Part shown: one piece after another, positions 1 to 8,987 of the stretch
Layout: each line of letters begins with the position of its first letter
How positions within the stretch are numbered: the stretch's first letter is position 1
The notes under the pieces: model-generated
The model's input: only the letters and a program-made list of their open reading frames with translations
Database searches by the model: none
Told to the model about the DNA's origin: nothing
Source of the DNA: Candidatus Hydrogenedentota bacterium
Lineage (GTDB): Bacteria; Hydrogenedentota; Hydrogenedentia; Hydrogenedentales; JAEUWI01
Assembly: GCA_034669905.1 (NCBI GenBank)
Contig: JAXMOL010000071.1
Location: 1 to 30,777 of the forward strand
Direction of reading: 5' to 3'
DNA length: 30,777 nucleotides
Program-made: the position numbers and the translations under genes

Positions 1-254
1 CTCCAGATACTTTCTACTACCAATCAATCAGCGCCGAAGCAAAGGCATCGGCATAACCCCAAAGCGGATACACTTAAGAAACACGATCACGTGTCCAAAC
101 AATGGGGTCCACTTCTCCAATTCGCATCACAAACACACAAACCGTTTAACTAAAAACACTTACAACACCGAAAGCATTAACCACCACCCGCTGCACCAAG
201 GTATCGGGGTGTTGCAAGATGCGACAACCGCTTTACTTTAGAACAGTAAAACCT

Positions 255-289
255 AAAAAAACGCCCCCCATGACGACTATGGGAGGCGT
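255..289 (-). terminator. Rho-independent terminator downstream of the heparinase-like gene
   Basis: The minus strand reads ACGCCUCCCAU-AGUCGUC-AUGGGGGGCGU-UUUUUU. This is an 11-bp stem (one G-U pair) plus a U tract, about 50 nt after the stop at 337. Confidence 0.85.
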
Positions 290-336
290 AGCGATTGGTG
301 AGAAAGGGCACTTCCCCGGTGTTTTCGCCAAGCAGC

Positions 337-2379
337 TTACTCGAGCGAGGGCAATTCCCAGGTGCCCGTGGGACCCACGACCCGCAAGGTGTCCCCATCT
401 ACCCGTACGGACACGGTTCCTTCGGGCGTCTCTGTATTCCACCCTCCGTCTGCATTCACCCACAGACTCGGCTCCGCCCCCTCTTCAAGCACGCTGAACA
501 AGGTCAGGATGCGACAGCGATCGTCGGTGGTCTTGACTTCGACATAGGGCTCGTTCCGTTGCTTCAATTCGCTCCCCAGCCGATGGGTGTTATAGGGCGC
601 CACATAGGCGTGGGTAGCCGTGTCCAAAGTCGCATCCCCGTCCAGCCGGATGGTTCGGCCCACGAGGGTCGCTGCCTTACCGCGCCGCACGAAGGAGCCG
701 TCCGACGTGGGTTCCACGGGACCCGACAAATGCCAGCGTAGGCTGATGGGCATTGCTTCAGGCAGCCGGGCCTCGTCCAATACCACGGCGACACGGGGCA
801 AGAGGTGGACCACGCGACGTCGAACCGTAGCGCCCTCGTCGTAGACATGGCTCAGATCCATATTCCAAGCCGCGCCTTTCTCCCCATCAAACTCAGACCA
901 GACCGTCTTTCCGTAGCGCCCTTTCTCCCGCAGGGACACGCCACCCGTTTCGTTTTTGCCAAAGACGAAGACATTGTGTCCGAACTGCTGGTAGTTGTAG
1001 TAGCGCTCGGTGTGACTCTTGGGGTAGCCGGGGGGCGATCCAAGATCCACTACCAGCCTTTCTCCGTAGCCATCGATACAAAGCTGTCCCCAATCCGCAT
1101 GGCCATGATAGGCCTCCCGGCCCGCCTTGCCGTACACCACCGAGGTTGTGGAGACTGGATCCCAACTGCTTCGGCTACTCACCAGATGCCCCTGCGCGTG
1201 GTAGGCCCGACCGAGGGGTAACACGCCTTCCGGAGACTTCGAAGGGAGCGATGCATCGTAATACAACAATTCCAGGGGACGTATCCGATGGGACGTGAGC
1301 ATTTTGTTGTGGTACTGCTCATAGAACCATTGCAGCTGGGGGTTCTGTGTTGCCGACGCGACTGCTGCCGCCGGCACCACGACGGGCGGCATGTCGGCTC
1401 CCGGATCGCCAAAGCCAGCCACACGCCCGGGCGGGAAGGTCATGAGCATATACCATTCATAAAACCTGTCGAGCGAATGACGTTCGAAAGGATCGTCCCT
1501 TCCCCCGCTCGCATAGTGCATGGCCATAAAATACCGCACGACGAAGGACATGGACCCGGCGTATTGCACACTCTCGTTGAACTCGCCCTCGGGTCCGAGA
1601 ATATCCAGGTAGGACTCCATCTGGGGCAGTGAATTGGCCACCAACAGGGCACTGTCCGGATGGTCCGGTCCCAGGGCCATCCCGGCAATACCGAAACCAC
1701 CCAACACCACGGTAAGCCAATTGGAACGACGGCGGGACCAATGTTCCTTTGCTTCAAAGCCTTTCTTATAGGGCGTAATGGCGCAACGGTCGAGCCCTTC
1801 GATAATGGCGTCTCGCTCTTCTTTCGTCATTTGATTGTAGAGCCAGTCATAGGCCAGGGCAATGGGAAGGACCAACTGACCATGACGGAGATCGGCGTTG
1901 AGCCCCACGTTCAGGTGGGCTTGATCGGACCACTCGGGCCATTGTTCGGGATCGAAAAGGGCCATAATCTGGGCCAAGGCATCATCGGTGTAGCGCCGCT
2001 CCTCGGTGATGAGTCCGACCATGGCGGCGTCCAGGATTCGACTCGCCGCTTTCGACACAAAGGTGTACGAACGATTGCCGACGATGCGCTCTCCGTTTTC
2101 GATACGCACCGGCGTTACGACAGGTGTTCCCAGCCGCTCGTCCGCGATGGTCTGGAGTTCCTCCCAGAGCACTTTGGCATGGCCGGATTGAATACCATTT
2201 CGCAACGCCTCGACCGTTCGGAGACCCGGCGTCGGTGATGCGGTCACGAAGAGCGACGGGCGGGCTCGTTCCCCCGTCAGTTGGACCGCTTTCGCGGCGA
2301 CGTCTTCAGGTGCGGCGGCGTAGACTTGTCCTGTGAGGGTGATGAGCGATAGAACGAAGGCGTGAAACAAGAACTTCAT
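337..2379 (-). CDS. Secreted heparinase II/III family protein (polysaccharide lyase-like)
   Basis: Signal peptide MKFLFHAFVLSLITLTGQVYA|A from ATG 2379 (the ORF extends to 2418). Motifs SNWLTV, GEFNESVQY, GFGD and HGHADWG, followed by a beta-rich C-terminal region (GHNVFVF, RRRVVHL, VVLDE), fit the alpha-barrel + Hepar_II_III architecture. Confidence 0.8.
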   Translation of the reverse strand: MKFLFHAFVLSLITLTGQVYAAAPEDVAAKAVQLTGERARPSLFVTASPTPGLRTVEALRNGIQSGHAKVLWEELQTIADERLGTPVVTPVRIENGERIVGNRSYTFVSKAASRILDAAMVGLITEERRYTDDALAQIMALFDPEQWPEWSDQAHLNVGLNADLRHGQLVLPIALAYDWLYNQMTKEERDAIIEGLDRCAITPYKKGFEAKEHWSRRRSNWLTVVLGGFGIAGMALGPDHPDSALLVANSLPQMESYLDILGPEGEFNESVQYAGSMSFVVRYFMAMHYASGGRDDPFERHSLDRFYEWYMLMTFPPGRVAGFGDPGADMPPVVVPAAAVASATQNPQLQWFYEQYHNKMLTSHRIRPLELLYYDASLPSKSPEGVLPLGRAYHAQGHLVSSRSSWDPVSTTSVVYGKAGREAYHGHADWGQLCIDGYGERLVVDLGSPPGYPKSHTERYYNYQQFGHNVFVFGKNETGGVSLREKGRYGKTVWSEFDGEKGAAWNMDLSHVYDEGATVRRRVVHLLPRVAVVLDEARLPEAMPISLRWHLSGPVEPTSDGSFVRRGKAATLVGRTIRLDGDATLDTATHAYVAPYNTHRLGSELKQRNEPYVEVKTTDDRCRILTLFSVLEEGAEPSLWVNADGGWNTETPEGTVSVRVDGDTLRVVGPTGTWELPSLE

Positions 2380-2564
2380 AGGTGAGAAACCCCGGTTGAA
2401 GAAAAAGACAGGGGCCATAGTAGAAAATCAGGGCATTCGAAGGCAATAGGAATTGGGTGAAGTCAGACGAAATGGTCTTTGCCGTCTGCGACCACCGTTC
2501 TGCGGGATCGAACGCCCTCGATGGTTGGACCGCTTGCGGCGCGTCTACGACATGGCACGACAGC

Positions 2565-3686
2565 CTACCCGGCGACGTAAACGATACCGAGATTGGTCAA
2601 TTCGAGCAGGGTGAAAAAGAGTTGGGAGTAGAAGAAAAACACGACCAACCCAATTCCCATCAGACACAAGGGCGCACCAAACTCAATCAACAGGTGACCC
2701 CGCCGATGTAACTGCAACTCGTACAGATCGGCAAGTTGGGAGAAAGCGGCCGGTACCTCTCCACTGGAATCGGCGAGTCGCAACAGATTCCGAAAGGACT
2801 CCGGCGCATCCTGTCCGGAACGGGCCAAGGCATCTGACAAGGAAGTGCCCCCTTCCACCCCGTCGGCCAGGTTTCCGAGTAAAACCCGGCAGGGACGATA
2901 GAGGTTGGCCTCCGCAGCCGAGCGAAGCGCGCGGTGAAGTGGGATACCCGCACCCGTCAACAAGCCCAGAATGGTGCAGGCATCTGCCAGGTGACGTTTT
3001 CGATACCAACGTCGAACGCCGGGCAAGAGGCTGCTCGTTGCCAAGGCGGCACTGTGTAGGAATCCCCCCGTCAGTTTGGAACGCTGCATCATCACCCAAC
3101 ATACGGGCAGGGCCACGACGGCTAATACCAGGCCCCACTGATTTTGCAGGGCCGCCCAATAGGCCAGCGAAGGATCCTCTTGCAGTCCGAAGGATTGGAT
3201 AATGTCCGCCAGCAACGGCGCCGCGCTGGAAGCAAGTCCTACGACAAGTACGGCCTCCACGATGAGTATCCAGACCAGGTAGAACCCCACATGGGCTACC
3301 CGCAAGCGAAGGGCCAATCCCCGCTCGAGCTCCCTTACCAGGCTCGTCAGGGCGGACTTCAGATTGCCGGACTCCTCTCCCGCACGCACGAGTTCTACCG
3401 TAATAGCAGGGAAAAAATGAGACTGGCTCCCCACCGCTTGAGAGACCGATGCGCCAGATTCGATATCGTTGGCCATCCAATACAGGACATAACGTTGTCC
3501 ATGACGGGGCGCGTCGTAGCTCAGTTCTTTCAGTCCTTCCACCAGGGGGAACTCGGAGTCTACGAGCCCCTCCATGGCCCTCAGAACGGCAAGAAGATCT
3601 TCCCAATGCCGTTGCCACCGCACATAGCGGGGCGGTCGCCCTGAGAATTGAAGGCTTCTATCGTCCACCGTCTTCCGCCCGCTCAT
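2565..3686 (-). CDS. Type II secretion system F / PilC-like inner-membrane platform protein (divergent second copy)
   Basis: Two T2SSF repeats (DIESGASVSQA...ELVRAGEESGNL and GVEGGTSLSDAL...LADSSGEV) and three hydrophobic segments. ATG 3686 overlaps the upstream stop as ATGA. Confidence 0.85.
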   Translation of the reverse strand: MSGRKTVDDRSLQFSGRPPRYVRWQRHWEDLLAVLRAMEGLVDSEFPLVEGLKELSYDAPRHGQRYVLYWMANDIESGASVSQAVGSQSHFFPAITVELVRAGEESGNLKSALTSLVRELERGLALRLRVAHVGFYLVWILIVEAVLVVGLASSAAPLLADIIQSFGLQEDPSLAYWAALQNQWGLVLAVVALPVCWVMMQRSKLTGGFLHSAALATSSLLPGVRRWYRKRHLADACTILGLLTGAGIPLHRALRSAAEANLYRPCRVLLGNLADGVEGGTSLSDALARSGQDAPESFRNLLRLADSSGEVPAAFSQLADLYELQLHRRGHLLIEFGAPLCLMGIGLVVFFFYSQLFFTLLELTNLGIVYVAG

Positions 3687-4885
3687 CGAATCACCCCGCC
3701 CATCTGAAACACGGGTAGAAAACAGGCGATCACGGCGATACCCACCAGGACACCACATACTGTCACCGCGGCCGGTCCAAGGAGCGCCAGGCCGCTCTTC
3801 TCCAGCCGTTGGGCTTCGGTATCGCAGGAATCGGCGAGGGAACCGAGGGTTTCGGTGAACTTTCCATTGCGCTCACCCTGTTGGAGCATCCACCCGTGAC
3901 TTCGGCGTAATAGCCCGGTCTCCCGCACCGCATCGCTTACCCCTTCGCCCTGTGCGATGCGCCCGGCGGCCCGTCCAATCTTTTGCTCAAAAACGGCATT
4001 GCCTGATGCCAGGCCTGCCAGATGGAGACTCTCCACGATGGGCGCGCCATGGGCAAGGAGGAGCGACAGGGCGCGAAAGAAGCGTGCCGCCACCACGGTG
4101 TAGATGACGGGCCCCAGGTAGGGCACCCTCAGTGCGAGGTGATCGATGGGCCGTCGCAACCGTCCCCACCCCCGTAAGAGTCGAAGCACGACGGCGACGC
4201 ACGCGATCGTTGCAAGCAAAGGCAGCCCGAGGGGCAGCACCCAATACCCCACCTGCAGCACGGCCTGGGAGAGTTCGGGCAACTCCTTCCCAAAGCTGGA
4301 ATAGATTTCCGCAAACTGTCCCATGACGTGGGGCACAAAGACCCCCATGAACAGGGTCAGCACTACGGCGAGGATCAGCGGATAGGCCATAGCCACCTGG
4401 AGACGATAGCGCAACCAGAGATGGCGCTGTGCAAATTGGCTGAGTTGTTGAAGGACCCCTGGGAGGTTACCGGTCCGCTCTCCAACGCGCACCAGGCTGA
4501 TGTAGAGGGGCGGCACAGCATCGCCCTCGGCCCGCAGGGCCTCTTCCAGCGACTCCCCCCCGGCCACATCAGACGCCAGGTTCTCGAGGACTCGCCCCAG
4601 ACGTCCCCGTCCCAAATCGCGGCTGAGCTCCGTCAACGCCGGTGCCAGGGGCACGCCACTGCGGGTAAGGCTCGCGAGTTGGCTGGTGAAGAGATTCAAG
4701 TCCGCCGCAGAAAGTGGGCGGCCTTCCCGACGGCGGGCGGCGCCGTCGGAAAGTTCCCGCACGGTGTAGTAATTGTGGTCTATCGCCTGACCGCCTGCGA
4801 CCACCTCGGCCACCGTTTCTCCGTCAGCCAGGCCTTGGACCGGTTCTCCCTTGCGGGAGATGCCGTCGTATCGGTAGGTCTTCAT
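3683..4885 (-). CDS. pilC: Type II secretion system F / PilC family platform protein
   Basis: Canonical N-terminus MKTYRYDGISRKGEPVQG, then FTSQLASLTRSGVPL, VRVGERTGNL, MAYP and C-terminal FLPVFQM. ATG 4885 overlaps the upstream stop as ATGA. Confidence 0.9.
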   Translation of the reverse strand: MKTYRYDGISRKGEPVQGLADGETVAEVVAGGQAIDHNYYTVRELSDGAARRREGRPLSAADLNLFTSQLASLTRSGVPLAPALTELSRDLGRGRLGRVLENLASDVAGGESLEEALRAEGDAVPPLYISLVRVGERTGNLPGVLQQLSQFAQRHLWLRYRLQVAMAYPLILAVVLTLFMGVFVPHVMGQFAEIYSSFGKELPELSQAVLQVGYWVLPLGLPLLATIACVAVVLRLLRGWGRLRRPIDHLALRVPYLGPVIYTVVAARFFRALSLLLAHGAPIVESLHLAGLASGNAVFEQKIGRAAGRIAQGEGVSDAVRETGLLRRSHGWMLQQGERNGKFTETLGSLADSCDTEAQRLEKSGLALLGPAAVTVCGVLVGIAVIACFLPVFQMGGVIR

Positions 4886-5364
4886 GGTGTATCTCCCGCG
4901 GAATTGACACGTCGAAGGCGCCACGTCAGCCGCACCCACGCCTCACCCTGCCTGCGGTACAGGGCTTCCACAGCGCTGTGAACACCTTCCACCTCCGCCA
5001 CGGCGATGCGATAGCGCACCTCTTCCTGCCCGTCTACGGTGTCACTGAGCAGATAGTAGGACATTTCCGGAACGCCTTCGAGCTGTTGGCGCGCAATCCG
5101 GGGATCGTCGACCCGCGGTAAGCGCGCGTCCCCCGTCACGGGAACTTGCTTCGGCGCTTCCCCCGAAAGGTACCCCAACTCGGCGAGCTCCAACACCAAC
5201 TCCGCGCTGGCATCGGCGGACACCCGCCACGCCGCATATTGACTGTGACGCACGTGGGCCACCGTCCGCACGCTGAGCATGGTAATCGCACCGAGAAAGG
5301 CGGCGGTCATAAAAACACAGAGCAGCATGGCCGCACCTTGTTTCGATTTGCAGGTATGCCTCAT
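4882..5364 (-). CDS. PilX/GspK-like minor pilin
   Basis: Class III-like signal KSKQG|AAMLLCVFM with no Glu5 (typical of PilX/GspK), a hydrophobic helix, then ADASAE. It follows the PilW-like gene with a TGATG overlap; GTG 5367 is an alternative start. Confidence 0.65.
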   Translation of the reverse strand: MRHTCKSKQGAAMLLCVFMTAAFLGAITMLSVRTVAHVRHSQYAAWRVSADASAELVLELAELGYLSGEAPKQVPVTGDARLPRVDDPRIARQQLEGVPEMSYYLLSDTVDGQEEVRYRIAVAEVEGVHSAVEALYRRQGEAWVRLTWRLRRVNSAGDTP

Positions 5365-5915
5365 CACGGATTCCTCGGTACGATAGTCTCTGCGGCCACC
5401 GACTGAAGCGTAAGTCCGCGACGGGTTGTTTCGGTCGCCCGCAGCCCCACGGTCACCCCCAGATTCTCGGCTTCGAACCAGACACCCCCCGATTTGCCTT
5501 CGCCCACGGCGAGATTATTGCTCAGCACTTCGATGCCCTTGCCCGTAACCAGCAGGAGTTGTCGTGCCCTGAGACCATCTCCATTCATATCCTCCCAATC
5601 GGGCGTGATACGACGTTCTTCGCTCCATTGGGGCCCACCTTGCGCATCCAGGGGCCATTCCTCCCCGACAAGGGGTATCCGATAACGCAGTTCCTGCGCA
5701 GGAAGGGGACTCAAGGATTCCCGCGACGCACCCCGGAGTTCCTGGCGGATGCGGGCCAAGCCGTGGACGGTGGACTGGGTCACGGTGATTTTATTACTCA
5801 GCACCGCCTGCGTATGGTCCGCATTGAGCCAGGCCTGCCATATCATCCCCAGGGCCGCCGTGAGCAACGTGACCACCACGAGCATCTCGATCAGGGTAAA
5901 ACCTTTACGGTTCAT
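5364..5915 (-). CDS. Prepilin-type N-terminal cleavage/methylation protein (PilW/GspJ-like minor pilin)
   Basis: MNRKG|FTLIEMLVVVTLL, followed by the PilW-like LARIRQELRGA helix and C-terminal TIVPRN. Confidence 0.85.
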   Translation of the reverse strand: MNRKGFTLIEMLVVVTLLTAALGMIWQAWLNADHTQAVLSNKITVTQSTVHGLARIRQELRGASRESLSPLPAQELRYRIPLVGEEWPLDAQGGPQWSEERRITPDWEDMNGDGLRARQLLLVTGKGIEVLSNNLAVGEGKSGGVWFEAENLGVTVGLRATETTRRGLTLQSVAAETIVPRNP

Positions 5916-6288
5916 GGGGGCTACCCTCCGGCATGCAGGGGGCGGAAACCTGAATTTCGTGGCCCCGTTGGCTGAAAGTGCGCACGGTAACCCGTACGGC
6001 GCCCGTAGACTCCAGACCCACCAGTGGCACGACGGTTACGGTATATTCTCCCGGGAGTCCTTCGGGCGGCGTAGGCGAGAGCGGTGTACCGACGGGCGTC
6101 CGCTGCACCTGTTGCACACAGTGACTGAGGCACTGTGTCGCCAGATGGCGGCGTTCGGCCAAATCACGCAGGCCGGCGAGGTGGGCATGGCCCCCCAGGA
6201 GCAAGATAAAGCCCAGGAATAGAATTCCCGTGGCGAAGGTCACCTCGATCAGGGTGAAACCACCGGTCTGTCTCCCTTCCCAATGCAC
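5905..6288 (-). CDS. Prepilin-type protein (PilV/GspI-like minor pilin)
   Basis: RQTGG|FTLIEVTFATGILFLGFILLLGG with a short beta-rich tail (YTVTV, VRVTVRT). Start is GTG 6288 (GGAGG upstream) or GTG 6315. It overlaps the next gene by 11 nt. Confidence 0.8.
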   Translation of the reverse strand: MHWEGRQTGGFTLIEVTFATGILFLGFILLLGGHAHLAGLRDLAERRHLATQCLSHCVQQVQRTPVGTPLSPTPPEGLPGEYTVTVVPLVGLESTGAVRVTVRTFSQRGHEIQVSAPCMPEGSPHEP

Positions 6289-6497
6289 GACTTCCTGGCC
6301 CTCCTGGATTCCCACGTTGCCTTGTCATCATAGATGACGTACCGTTTCAGTTCCACAATTATTCGTGCCCGGTAAAATCCGGTAACTCTCCGGGGCCTGT
6401 CGCTACACGGGCCTCTACGCAACAACTCTCGGGCTGTTTTTGTTGGAATAGCACGTGTCGTAGGGTAGAATAACGGCAGGTTTTCAGGGGGTATAGA

Positions 6498-8987
6498 TTG
6501 GCTGGAATGGATTCACAGACACGTATACAGGAACTGGAAGCGCAAGTCGCCCAGCTTTCCGGTGTGGTTGACCGATTGACGGCCCGCAGCGACGAGCACG
6601 AACACCATCTCGTGGACGATGTGCGGCGGACGGTTGACCAGGTTATTCTGGCCGATGTGGACGAATCCATTGAAACCCACGTGGGCGCGGTTTGGGTCAG
6701 TCGGCTTGCTGCGGTCGTTATTATGATGGCCCTGGCCCTGGCGGCACGTACCACCTTTGCCAGCCAGGAGATCGAGGAGCTGGGAAAGGCCTTCATTGGC
6801 TACGGCATTGCCGTTACCTTCATTGGATACGGACTCTTCTTCGAACGTCGGCGTGACCTCTTCGCACAGTCCATTCTCGGCTGTGGTCTTGCGGTGCTGT
6901 ATTTCACCACCTACGCCATCTTTTTTATTCCCCAGATGCAACTGCATGAGGAGCCTTTCTGGGGTATCCCCATCACCATGCTCTGTCTGGTCACCCTGGT
7001 CATCATGGCCCACGTGCGCTCCAGTGAGACGGTGGCCGGCGTGGGGCTCTTTCTCGCCTACTATACCGTCTATTTGAGCTGTACCCAATCCCCCACCATC
7101 AGCAGCCATTTCCACGCCGTCGCCACGTGTGGCATTCTGGTGACCACCGCCTTGGTTTTTCAGGCGAGCCACCGTTGGCTGCTCTTTACCTGGGTCGTCA
7201 TGGCGGCCACCTATGCCCTGCACAGTTCCTTCTACGCCGTGCAGCCCCCCGAGCTCACATGGAGTCCTGCGTTCTATTTCTGGAGTGCCAACGGATTCCT
7301 AACGGCCTGTTTCCTAACCTTTACGCTGGCCGCCATCATCGAAGGGCGCCGGGCCGGGGAATACCGCCCGATGGTCGCGCCACTCGCGGCGGTAAACACG
7401 GTGGTCTATTACATTCTGGCCTCCCGTGCGCTGGAGACCCGCTTTACGGAACATACCTGGATTTTTCAGGTGTGTCTGGGCACCTTTCTGCTGTTCTGTG
7501 CGGTCTGTGCAGAAACCCGGGGCAAACGCAGCAACCATCTCTTCCAGGTTTTTTCGCTGGCCTCCATCGTGGTCTTCACCCTCTCCCTTCAGGCGGCCCT
7601 CTCCATCGAATTCTTCGTGGCGGGCATGGCCCTGGAATGTGTCGCCCTTACCCTGTTCTTTCAGCGTTCCGGGGTTGTTGGCTTTAAGGTCATCGAGCTA
7701 TTTCTCATGATAGCGACCAGCGCCGCGGTCCTGACCACGGCGGGCACTACGGCACCGGTCCAACTGGGCCAGTGGCTCATCCCGACCAACCGTTTCGCAG
7801 GCACCACCGTGGCCATGCTTTTCCTGCTGACCGCCTGGATTTACGAAAAGTTTACCGTGCAACGACGGCCCGAGCGACGTACCCACAGCGGTCACTGGTT
7901 TCTGGCGGATTCCCGGCTGGACTGGAGTGGCGGTTCGATGGCGATGGCCCACGCGGCCTTCGGCTGTTTCGTCTTGCTCACACTCACTATCCTGGAGTTG
8001 AGCGAAACCCCCGAGTTGCCCTACATCCTGGCGGCGGAAGCCCTGATCATTACCCTGATAGGCCTGGCCCTCCTGACGCCCCAGATCTGTGTGGGCGCGG
8101 TCATGCTCCTCGTGGGGGCCCATGTCTGTTACCACGTCTTCCTGTGGCTTCCCCTCGAAGACTTTCAATCTCAGCAGAATTACATGGCCTACACGGTTTC
8201 CCTCTCGGTGCTCACCTTCCTGGGTGGCCATGTGTGGGAACGGTACCTCTGCCGATTCCGTCGGGAGGGCATCGACTGGGAGCATCACATTATCGCGGCG
8301 GTGCCTTTTCTCATTGGCACCTATCTATTGACCGACTTGCTCTTCCGCGAGTTGGCCCCCCTCCACGTGGCGGCGGCCCAGGGTGGCCTCGGTCTGGGCT
8401 TGCTACTCGTGGGCAGTTTCAGTCGCTACACCGGCATTAAGGCATCGGGGATCCTCGCCATGATGTTTGCGGTGCGCAGTTTCTATGAAGGGCTCAACGA
8501 CCCCCAGATGCCGCTGGACCGCGAGCCGCTCTTCCTGCTTTATTTCGCCATCTTTCTCGGGACCTGCATGGGCGCCGAGCGCCTCTTCGCCTTTATCAAA
8601 CGACGCGGTACGGAGACAACCAATCGTATCGAAGATGCCCTTCGGACCGTACTGGTCTTCATGGCGATGGTACTGGGCTTACTCGGCCTCTATCGCTGGA
8701 GCCCCGAAGAATATATGGTCTTCTACCTGCTGGCCTACGCCGTTATCGTTCTCGTGCTCGGGGTCGTCTTTCGGGAAAGCCGCTACCGCTGGGGGGCGCT
8801 GTTTCTGCTCGGCTTCGTCACCTATCGCTCCTTCACACGTTTTCAGGAGTTGCCCCCCCTCTACCAGGTGCTCGTGTTCGCGGTTTCCGGCGTCGTCCTC
8901 GTTATCGTCTCCTGGTCCTACTCCCGTCGGATAGTGCGCGCACGTATAGCCGCCAGTGCGGAAGCCTCCACGCCCCATGATGGATGA
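6498..8987 (+). CDS. DUF2339-like polytopic membrane protein
   Basis: N-terminal coiled coil (RIQELEAQVAQL), then ETHVGAVWVSRLAAV and FAQSILGCGLAVLYFTTYA (DUF2339-type signature), with roughly 20 or more hydrophobic helices. Start is TTG 6498 or ATG 6507. Confidence 0.7.
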   Translation: MAGMDSQTRIQELEAQVAQLSGVVDRLTARSDEHEHHLVDDVRRTVDQVILADVDESIETHVGAVWVSRLAAVVIMMALALAARTTFASQEIEELGKAFIGYGIAVTFIGYGLFFERRRDLFAQSILGCGLAVLYFTTYAIFFIPQMQLHEEPFWGIPITMLCLVTLVIMAHVRSSETVAGVGLFLAYYTVYLSCTQSPTISSHFHAVATCGILVTTALVFQASHRWLLFTWVVMAATYALHSSFYAVQPPELTWSPAFYFWSANGFLTACFLTFTLAAIIEGRRAGEYRPMVAPLAAVNTVVYYILASRALETRFTEHTWIFQVCLGTFLLFCAVCAETRGKRSNHLFQVFSLASIVVFTLSLQAALSIEFFVAGMALECVALTLFFQRSGVVGFKVIELFLMIATSAAVLTTAGTTAPVQLGQWLIPTNRFAGTTVAMLFLLTAWIYEKFTVQRRPERRTHSGHWFLADSRLDWSGGSMAMAHAAFGCFVLLTLTILELSETPELPYILAAEALIITLIGLALLTPQICVGAVMLLVGAHVCYHVFLWLPLEDFQSQQNYMAYTVSLSVLTFLGGHVWERYLCRFRREGIDWEHHIIAAVPFLIGTYLLTDLLFRELAPLHVAAAQGGLGLGLLLVGSFSRYTGIKASGILAMMFAVRSFYEGLNDPQMPLDREPLFLLYFAIFLGTCMGAERLFAFIKRRGTETTNRIEDALRTVLVFMAMVLGLLGLYRWSPEEYMVFYLLAYAVIVLVLGVVFRESRYRWGALFLLGFVTYRSFTRFQELPPLYQVLVFAVSGVVLVIVSWSYSRRIVRARIAASAEASTPHDG

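Noticed and set aside
295..331. Second hairpin next to the heparinase stop
   Set aside because: It pairs well only on the plus strand, through several G-U pairs, and has no U tract; probably incidental.
6354..6371. Sigma54-like GGCAC...TTG on the minus strand before the minor pilin operon
   Set aside because: The spacing is one base too long and the -12 reads GT rather than GC; sigma54 spacing is strict.
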